The notes under the pieces: model-generated
Databases searched by the model: none
The model's input: only the letters and a program-made list of their open reading frames with translations
Told to the model about the DNA's origin: nothing
Translations under genes and position numbers: made by a program
Source: Oligoflexia bacterium
GTDB taxonomy: Bacteria > Bdellovibrionota > Bdellovibrionia > JABDDW01
Length of the DNA: 26,252 bases
Direction: 5' to 3'
Assembly (NCBI GenBank): GCA_043732305.1
Contig: JAYTHU010000181.1
Coordinates: 1 to 26,252, forward strand
Shown here: in pieces, positions 19,786 to 26,252 of the stretch
Numbering within the stretch: position 1 is the first letter of the stretch
Layout: each line of letters opens with the position of its first letter

Positions 19786-20460
19786 TTAGAAAATTATAGC
19801 TAAACCGACTTGAACTCTTGCGCCGCTCAAATCCATTTTTGCATTTCCGCCACTGGTACTAGTTAACACCGCACCTGATGAGGTTTTCAAGTTCGACATT
19901 GAAATTGATTGATACCCACCCTGAAAATTTAAAGAGAAATGGTTGCCAAGAAGAATGTCGATGCCACCCTGTCCGATATAATTTAAAGATTTGTCAGCAT
20001 CGTATCCAGTCGCTGATGCAAGAGTAAGAGTCGCATGGGAATAGGTTGGATAACCAAGTCCTCCACCAACATACACATTAAGTCGACTATTGCGAACAAC
20101 GTAGTAGTTTATTTGACCCCATATTTCGTTTTGAATTAGTTCAAATCCACCATTGCTTACAGCGGGATTGGTAAGATTTGTCGCGTTTTTTGAATTTTGC
20201 GACTCATAAATAACTCTGACATCTAATTTGGGGGAGAGCATGTATCCAACTCCTCCGCCAAAATAAAAATCCGTGGTGAGATTTCCTGGTTTTGGTGTCA
20301 CTGAGTTGAAAACTGGATTCCCATTTATGTCGGAAGGGTTGACGGAGGCAAGGCCATAATATCCTTGTGCCCTCCATCGCTTCATTCCATTCGACGCGCT
20401 TACCGTTGCCCAGGAAGTGGACGAAATAAGCAGCAATATAGAGATTAGAAACTTTGCCAT
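19786..20460 (-). CDS. Outer-membrane beta-barrel protein (OmpA/OmpW-like, 8-stranded)
   Basis: Signal peptide ending SWA; YVGGGLGY and FQGGY strands; C-terminal GLAIIF; AGGGG RBS. Confidence 0.8.
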   Translation of the reverse strand: MAKFLISILLLISSTSWATVSASNGMKRWRAQGYYGLASVNPSDINGNPVFNSVTPKPGNLTTDFYFGGGVGYMLSPKLDVRVIYESQNSKNATNLTNPAVSNGGFELIQNEIWGQINYYVVRNSRLNVYVGGGLGYPTYSHATLTLASATGYDADKSLNYIGQGGIDILLGNHFSLNFQGGYQSISMSNLKTSSGAVLTSTSGGNAKMDLSGARVQVGLAIIF

Positions 20461-20492
20461 AAATTTTCCCCTAACCAAGATTGATTGTTGCC

Positions 20493-21053
20493 TTAGAACA
20501 CATATTTCATATTAGCAAGGACCTGAAACACGCTTACGCCTGGGTTTGAATTATTCACCCAAAGAAGACTAGTCTCTCCGCCCACTGACCAATGTTCACT
20601 GAAGGCACAGTCATAGCCAATGGTTGGACCCGAAGTGAGATTGGTTGATGAAGACTGAGCGCCAGTCCCTGAATAAGAAACTGTTCCGGATCCAATTTTT
20701 ACCCCACCAAACCATCCTGAACCAAAATAATATTTAATATTTGCTAAAGCAAGGGTGAGATTGGAAGTCAATGGAGATGGAACCACAAAAGAGTTATAAG
20801 TAAAATCCGCGCCCACACTCCAATTTGGGTTTAATTTGTATCCGCAGCCAACACCATAGGTAAAGTTAGTTCCACCGTTATTATTTAACATCCCAACTCC
20901 CAACAATGCCTCGACATAACCACTAGAGCCAGGACTTGAGACTTCTGTCGCATGTACTATGTTGCCTAAAAAAAATAGCGAGACAAATATTATTGGCATC
21001 CCGTGTAAAAAACGTTTTTTAAAAAATCTATTCATTGGTCTATTTGCTTTCAT
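20493..21053 (-). CDS. Outer-membrane beta-barrel protein (OmpA-like membrane domain)
   Basis: GGGAG RBS; signal peptide ending VHA; GYKLNPNWSVG, IKYYF, C-terminal MKYVF. Confidence 0.8.
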   Translation of the reverse strand: MKANRPMNRFFKKRFLHGMPIIFVSLFFLGNIVHATEVSSPGSSGYVEALLGVGMLNNNGGTNFTYGVGCGYKLNPNWSVGADFTYNSFVVPSPLTSNLTLALANIKYYFGSGWFGGVKIGSGTVSYSGTGAQSSSTNLTSGPTIGYDCAFSEHWSVGGETSLLWVNNSNPGVSVFQVLANMKYVF

Positions 21054-21129
21054 AATCTCCCTCTCCCGTTAGTTAGTCATTTGGTTGAAACATAAACTCT
21101 TACCGAACAAGATTATTGTCGGGAGAAGG

Positions 21130-21157
21130 TTTCATGGGAGTTTCAAAGAGATGTCAA
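21130..21157 (-). promoter_or_regulatory. Putative OmpR/PhoB-family binding site (three hexamers in 11-bp phase)
   Basis: + strand TTTCAT(21130), TTTCAA(21141), TGTCAA(21152), upstream of the barrel genes and just downstream of the regulator gene. Confidence 0.5.
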
Positions 21158-21200
21158 AAGTTCATGACAAATTAGAATTTAATGAGAACTGGACTAAAGT

Positions 21201-21887
21201 CTATGCACGCACGGAGAATCTGTAGCCTTCGCCGAAAACTGACTCAAGATAGCTGGCATGAGCTTTTAATTTTTTTCTCAATGTATAAACGTGTGAGTCA
21301 ACGGTTCGTTCGGTGACGTTCGCGTTATCGCCCCAGACTTTTTGTAGCAGCTGGCCTCGGCTTAAAACATGACCTTCATGATTCAAAAAATAGTAGATTA
21401 ATCTAAATTCATTGGGGCTGAGATCGAGATCAGTCTCGGCTTCATCTTCAATGACAAAAACTTTCTGAAAAGGGATATTAACTTTCAAATTTCCTTTGAG
21501 GACTATTTCCTTATTTATTCCGGTTGATTTTTTAAGCTTCGATACAATTCGAGCGCGAAGCTCAAGGGGCTCGAAAGGCTTTACAATATAATCATCTGCT
21601 CCCAGAGCAAATCCGGTCATCTTGTCTGCTAGACTTCCCTTTGTTGTCAAAAAAATGAGCGGTATATCAGATGTTTGATCGTTATCTTTGAGTCGGTTAC
21701 ACAAATGAAAGCCATCACCATCAGGAAGTCCGATATCCGCGATGATGAGATCGAATTTAGAATTTTCAATAGCATTTAGCGCACCAGCAACAGTGCCTAC
21801 TGTGGTGAGAGAATATTGCTTTCCCAAAACGCCGCGAACCAGCACTTGAACCTCAAGGCAGTCTTCCACTAACAATATCTTTTCCAT
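21201..21887 (-). CDS. OmpR/PhoB-family response regulator
   Basis: ILLVED, ADIGLPDGDG, GADDYIVKPF, wHTH LSRGQLLQKVWG...TVDSHVYTLRKKL...GEGYRF. Confidence 0.95.
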   Translation of the reverse strand: MEKILLVEDCLEVQVLVRGVLGKQYSLTTVGTVAGALNAIENSKFDLIIADIGLPDGDGFHLCNRLKDNDQTSDIPLIFLTTKGSLADKMTGFALGADDYIVKPFEPLELRARIVSKLKKSTGINKEIVLKGNLKVNIPFQKVFVIEDEAETDLDLSPNEFRLIYYFLNHEGHVLSRGQLLQKVWGDNANVTERTVDSHVYTLRKKLKAHASYLESVFGEGYRFSVRA

Positions 21888-21965
21888 CAATTTTTGCTTT
21901 AACTCCCCCAACATTAATAATTGAAGAATTTGAGAATTTTAGCAATGACTAGATTGTATTAAAAG

Positions 21966-23456
21966 CTAAGTAAGGGATGATTTAAGTTCTTCCGCCGCTT
22001 TAAAAATCCTTTGCTTTTTTTCCGTGGGCATGCGCTGAAGGGTTTTAAGGACCATCCCCATGCGGGCATTTTTGAGGAAGAAGGATTCGTGCTTAGCGAT
22101 GAAAGACCAGTACAGTCCATCAACGCCGTCCTGCCAGGTTCCCTCTTTGTATTTTCCCATCTTTCGATAGTAGTTTGATCCACATATATAAGGTTTAGTC
22201 GCAAAGATTCCGCCATCGCTAAAAAGGGCCATCCCGTAAACATTGGGACCCATCACCCAATCAGACGAATCAATAAACATTTCCATAAACCAACGATGGG
22301 CCTCCGAGGGCTCGATCTCGCACAGCAACATGAGATTACCCACCACCATGAGGCGCTCAATATGATGAGCATACCCGTGGCGAATAACTTTTTTAATAAC
22401 ATCGTCTAGAGGGGGGATTCCAGTCTCACCGGTGTACCATTTGTTATTGAGTTTGCGTTTGTGGCCAAAGAAATTTTTCTCCTCTTGCACATCACTGAAA
22501 TTTTGATAAATACCGCGGATGAACTCTCGCCAGCCGATAATTTGCCGGACAAAACCTTCTAAAGAATTAAGAGAAATTTTATTTTTCTCCGCGCAGTGAA
22601 TAGCCGCTTCAATAATTTCGGCGGGAGTGAGAAGTCCTGTATTTAAAAAGGGAGTCAAAACCGAATGATTGATCACCGTGTGCTCGGGACTGAGAGCGTC
22701 TTCATAAGGCCCAAAATCTTTGAAGCGTTCGCCCAAGAATTTCTGAAGCCATAGTTTTGCGCCTTCGCGATCGATAGGCAGCCAAAATGTTTTAGAATTA
22801 CCGGGATGAGACGGAAATTCTCGTTCGACGGTTTTGATGACTTCAGCTAAGAAATTTGGATGTTTGACAACAGGCACTTCGGGAGGCTCATAGTTGCGGG
22901 GCAATGGTTTGCGATTGTCTTCATCAAAACTCCACTGCCCGCCGATGGGCGCGTGATTTCGATCAACCAAAATGTCTAGACGTTTCCGTTGAAACTCATA
23001 GAACGTTCTCATAAACGGCCTTTTATGCGAACTCAGATATTCGCTAAAAGCTAAGCGAGAAGTCAAAAACATTGGCGATGGCCAAACTTGTCTTTTGATT
23101 TCTATTTTATCTAGTAGATCAAATATTCTAGATTCAAAGAATTTGTCTTCTATCTCATAGCAGCCGACCTTTTCAATTTTCTGACTTTTTATGAACTGCG
23201 CCAATGCCTCCACATAAGTATCAGCACTTTCATTTATTTTTTCATAGTGGACAGTAAAACCTTCGCGCCGATATTCTTCCGCGCAGGCGCGCATCGCGCC
23301 TAAGAAGAAAATAATCTTTTGTTTGTGATATTTGAAATGAGTGCAGAGCTCAGTATCTTCTCGCATGAAGATGACAACATCGCTTTTGTTGCGGATCTTT
23401 TTTGCAACAATCTGCGGATCGAAAAGCTGATTTCCTAGGATCAATACTAGTTTCAT
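21966..23456 (-). CDS. Cryptochrome/photolyase family protein, PhrB/CryB-type (6-4) photolyase lacking the FeS cysteines
   Basis: LILGNQLF, HKQKI, GGQWSFDEDNRK, EGFVRQIIGWREF, GYAHHIERLM, TKPY; start reassigned to ATG 23456. Confidence 0.92.
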   Translation of the reverse strand: MKLVLILGNQLFDPQIVAKKIRNKSDVVIFMREDTELCTHFKYHKQKIIFFLGAMRACAEEYRREGFTVHYEKINESADTYVEALAQFIKSQKIEKVGCYEIEDKFFESRIFDLLDKIEIKRQVWPSPMFLTSRLAFSEYLSSHKRPFMRTFYEFQRKRLDILVDRNHAPIGGQWSFDEDNRKPLPRNYEPPEVPVVKHPNFLAEVIKTVEREFPSHPGNSKTFWLPIDREGAKLWLQKFLGERFKDFGPYEDALSPEHTVINHSVLTPFLNTGLLTPAEIIEAAIHCAEKNKISLNSLEGFVRQIIGWREFIRGIYQNFSDVQEEKNFFGHKRKLNNKWYTGETGIPPLDDVIKKVIRHGYAHHIERLMVVGNLMLLCEIEPSEAHRWFMEMFIDSSDWVMGPNVYGMALFSDGGIFATKPYICGSNYYRKMGKYKEGTWQDGVDGLYWSFIAKHESFFLKNARMGMVLKTLQRMPTEKKQRIFKAAEELKSSLT

Positions 23457-23670
23457 AGGAACAGCATACTGCAGAAGTAGTCTAGATGATAGCACGGGAA
23501 AATGTCGCTCAAAGCGTCTCTACAGGTTCTCGGAAAATAGCTTTTAGTGAAACATCTTTTTTCTCCGCTTAGTTTACGGAAGCTTTCATGGTAAGTCGTG
23601 TGCACAATGAACTTTCGGTGGCTTGCTTAAAGCTTGGCGAGACGCTGCAGTCTGCTTAAAAAAAATTTAT

Positions 23671-23699
23671 TTGCTCCTTATGTTCTTTACCAGTAATCT
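23671..23699 (+). promoter_or_regulatory. sigma70-type promoter of a leaderless transcript
   Basis: TTGCTC-17 nt-TAATCT-6 nt-ATG(23706). Confidence 0.6.
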
Positions 23700-23705
23700 G
23701 GCTTC

Positions 23706-23852
23706 ATGAAAACATTTATCGTCAAATACCTTCCGTCCGGTGCCGCATCTCAGACAAAAAAGCTTCTCACAAAATTCACTGATGCTCTCAGAAACCGGTT
23801 AATAGAAACTGTCACCAAGTCCGCGGCGCTCGTTGAGCAATGGTACAAATAG
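23706..23852 (+). pseudogene. 48-aa ORF, probable internally deleted AzoR/AcpD-like NAD(P)H-dependent oxidoreductase
   Basis: MKTFIVKYLPSGAASQTKKLLTKF resembles a flavodoxin-fold N-terminus (S-x-T-x-x-L loop), fused to a terminal helix ...SAALVEQWYK. Confidence 0.5.
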
Positions 23853-23872
23853 AAATTGTGCGGCGGAATTAA

Positions 23873-24883
23873 ATGACAAGACGAATAAGATACTCAGGGA
23901 CTCACCCACGTAAATCCGGCGATAAATACAAAGAACTTAACGCCGAAAGATATCCCGATGAGATAGCAAAGATAAAAAAGCGAGGAGCCACGCCTTTTGG
24001 AAGTCATCGCCCGATTTGCGTGAATGAAATTCTTGAAATTTTTAATTTAAAGTCTGATCATGTGGTTCTTGATGCGACTCTCGGTTTTGGCGGACACGCG
24101 GCCGAGATTCTTAAAAAGATTCCACGAGGAAAACTTATTGGGCTTGATCAAGATCCCATTGAACTTCCTAAGACCGAAAAAAGATTGAGAGACTTAGGAT
24201 TTGAAAACTTCATCACGGGAAACGCTAATTTCCGAGATGCCGTTCCATTTCTAAACACAAACGGAATAGATGGAGTTGACCGCATCATTGCGGATCTTGG
24301 CGTCTCCTCCATGCAAATTGATGATGTTTCCCGTGGGTTCACATTCAAGAAAGAAGCTGTTTTTGATTTGCGAATGAATCCTGAATATGGTGAGCCCGCC
24401 TTTCTTTTAATGAACCGCCTTTCTATGATAAACTTGGCAGACACGATTGCCGAGAATTCCGACGAACCTCGCTCCGGCCCCATTGCTGAAGCACTGAAAA
24501 AAGCTCGCCCCAAAACCACGACCGATGTGGCACAGTGTGTGCGCAAAGTGATGAGCACATTTTCTCCGCGAATTCAGGAAGAAGAAGGAGACAGCCCCAT
24601 TCGCCGGGTGTTTCAATCTTTGCGAATTGCGGTAAACGATGAGTTTGCAGCACTTGAGGAATTTCTAGATGCGATCCCTGATTTATTAAACAAGCGAGGG
24701 CGCATCGCCATCATTAGTTTTCATTCTGGGGAAGACAGGCGAGTGAAAAAGGCATTTCAAACTTATCTAAGGTCTGGAGTTTTCACCGAGATCTCGACCG
24801 AAGTTATTCGTCCATCGGTGCAAGAGCAATTTGATAATCCTCGGTCGAAGTCGGCGAAACTGCGCTGGGGAAAAATACGCTGA
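23873..24883 (+). CDS. rsmH: 16S rRNA (cytosine1402-N4)-methyltransferase RsmH (N-terminally extended, stand-alone type)
   Basis: DATLGFGGHA, ADLGVSSMQID, DLRMN, FQSLRIAVNDE, SFHSGEDRRVK, NPRSKSAKLR. Confidence 0.93.
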   Translation: MTRRIRYSGTHPRKSGDKYKELNAERYPDEIAKIKKRGATPFGSHRPICVNEILEIFNLKSDHVVLDATLGFGGHAAEILKKIPRGKLIGLDQDPIELPKTEKRLRDLGFENFITGNANFRDAVPFLNTNGIDGVDRIIADLGVSSMQIDDVSRGFTFKKEAVFDLRMNPEYGEPAFLLMNRLSMINLADTIAENSDEPRSGPIAEALKKARPKTTTDVAQCVRKVMSTFSPRIQEEEGDSPIRRVFQSLRIAVNDEFAALEEFLDAIPDLLNKRGRIAIISFHSGEDRRVKKAFQTYLRSGVFTEISTEVIRPSVQEQFDNPRSKSAKLRWGKIR

Positions 24884-24884
24884 T

Positions 24885-24920
24885 AAAAAAAGCCCAAGTC
24901 TAAATTGACTTGGGCTTTTT
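24885..24920. terminator. Bidirectional rho-independent terminator
   Basis: AAAAAGCCCAAGTC-TAAATT-GACTTGGGCTTTTT between convergent genes. Confidence 0.9.
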
Positions 24921-24942
24921 AATAAATCAAAAAAACGAAGGC

Positions 24943-25596
24943 TTATCTAAACGAGAATGATGGAGCATTTAAATTGCATGTCCCACCACCGCTTATCACT
25001 TGATTGTTAAAATTCACCACGAATGTACCACCACCCGAACTAGACATCACAAACGGGGCGCCCAACTTAATTCCATAAGTCCAATTAGCAGAAGTGGGTT
25101 GTTGGAAAGCGGTGCTTCCAGACCCGGTTGATGACGTGCTTAGAAACAAGAGCATCTTATCGATATGGGTGGAGTCAGTTCCACTAGTGGAGGTAGGCGT
25201 TCCTAAGCCACCATAGACAAGAACATTACTTGCGTTCGGAGAAGCTGTTGTAAATTGACAAGCGTTACCGAGGTTGCAAATTGATCCTGAATAACTTGTA
25301 CCCGCCACACAACTCACTCCATCACTGGTTGCAGGAATATGGGTGATCACGTTACTCATGTACAAAATCACGCAAGGATAAGTTCCCGACGAAACATTGC
25401 CGGAAATAATCGCAGGATTTTGCATAAAATCGTATGTTGTGCCTGAAGGACTGTAACTTAGAACCGTTGCATTCGAACAATCCGCATTGGTTGAAAGTGC
25501 CACACCATAAATTGTTAATTTAACTGACGAAGGATTTACTGCCGCCATTAGATTGAAACTGCCCAAAACAAATAGTAAAAATAAAATATATTTCAT
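24943..25596 (-). CDS. Secreted Ser/Thr/Gly-rich beta protein with six Cys
   Basis: AAGGAG RBS; Sec signal peptide; six Cys in the mature region. Confidence 0.85.
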   Translation of the reverse strand: MKYILFLLFVLGSFNLMAAVNPSSVKLTIYGVALSTNADCSNATVLSYSPSGTTYDFMQNPAIISGNVSSGTYPCVILYMSNVITHIPATSDGVSCVAGTSYSGSICNLGNACQFTTASPNASNVLVYGGLGTPTSTSGTDSTHIDKMLLFLSTSSTGSGSTAFQQPTSANWTYGIKLGAPFVMSSSGGGTFVVNFNNQVISGGGTCNLNAPSFSFR

Positions 25597-25618
25597 GTGC
25601 TATCTCCTTAGAATTTAT

Positions 25619-25744
25619 TTATTGCCCAGCCCCGTAGAATATTGCATTTCCACCAATTCCAACACCCCCGCTTTTGCCACATGAAGAAACCAGAGCCGCA
25701 ATGGCGACTGTAAAAAAAATAAGAACTAGTAATTTTTTAGTCAT
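25619..25744 (-). CDS. 41-aa mini-lipoprotein (not in the ORF track)
   Basis: MTKKLLVLIFFTVAIAALVSS-CGKSGGVGIGGNAIFYGAGQ; AGGGG RBS; lipobox-like VSS|C; fills the gap between two co-oriented genes. Confidence 0.8.
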   Translation of the reverse strand: MTKKLLVLIFFTVAIAALVSSCGKSGGVGIGGNAIFYGAGQ

Positions 25745-25767
25745 AACGAGTACCCCTTTTGGTTTAA

Positions 25768-26252
25768 TTAATAAATGTAAGTGATGCCAACCCCGTAAAG
25801 GAGGGTCGTAAATTTGTTTGAAGAAACGTCAACCGAGGTCCCTCCCAAACTACTTGTGCTGTAGGAAGTGAGTTTCATGAAAAGTCCAACAAGCCATTCA
25901 GGATGGTTTTCCAAAACTCGGTAATTCGCCAATACATGAAAAGAAAGTGGGAGCGGAGCGGTGTAAATCGATGATTGGCCGCCAGAAGCGTTTGTTGACA
26001 GAGTGTAAGAACTCAAAATATCCCAACTCAGACCAAAATTAAATTTCGCCACATCATATGTTGCAGCCAGACCAACACTGTAACCCGAGCCACCCACATT
26101 TTGATTCGAAACCGTGGAAGGATCCGCAGTTTGTCCGACGAATTCATAACCAATCAATGCTCCAATCATCCACTGGTTTATTCTGTAGCCTGGAAGAGCG
26201 TAAATTTCTGCGCCATTGATCGCACGAGAAGGGATACTGGTGGAGGTGTTAT
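25768..26252 (-). CDS. Outer-membrane beta-barrel protein, 5' end outside the window
   Basis: Frame is open to the window edge (NTSTSIPSRAINGAEIYALPGYRINQW-MIGALIGY...); alternating strands; C-terminal YGVGITYIY. Confidence 0.8.
   Translation of the reverse strand, partial: NTSTSIPSRAINGAEIYALPGYRINQWMIGALIGYEFVGQTADPSTVSNQNVGGSGYSVGLAATYDVAKFNFGLSWDILSSYTLSTNASGGQSSIYTAPLPLSFHVLANYRVLENHPEWLVGLFMKLTSYSTSSLGGTSVDVSSNKFTTLLYGVGITYIY

Noticed and set aside
9893..24653. Antisense or alternate-frame ORFs in the track (for example 9893-10372, 15831-16163, 24148-24558)
   Set aside because: They lie inside well-supported genes and have no motifs; shadow ORFs

Overview
AT-rich bacterial chromosomal segment. 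The gene repertoire (many orphan histidine kinases, secreted and outer-membrane beta-barrel proteins) suggests a Bdellovibrionota/Oligoflexia-like organism, which is an inference only. No rRNA, tRNA, CRISPR array or mobile element was recognised. Recognisable genes: SDR, three sensor kinases and one OmpR-type regulator, a selU(mnmH)-selD operon, BtuE-type glutathione peroxidase, YheU, VOC protein, a UDG-family glycosylase, SelO/YdiU AMPylase, LLM monooxygenase, GNAT, an FeS-less PhrB-type (6-4) photolyase and a stand-alone RsmH paralog. Patterns not shown in the ORF track: (i) at least five gene relics (Rrf2, beta-carbonic anhydrase, secreted AAA+ ATPase, MAPEG, AzoR-like), several cut by internal deletions; (ii) repeated -10 boxes 5-7 nt upstream of SD-less start codons, the signature of leaderless mRNA; (iii) an unannotated 41-aa mini-lipoprotein between an outer-membrane barrel and a secreted Cys-containing protein, the best candidate here for an undescribed surface system; (iv) a regulator-barrel-barrel-hybrid kinase module with 11-bp-phased repeats; (v) a 16-17 bp tandem repeat in a divergent promoter.
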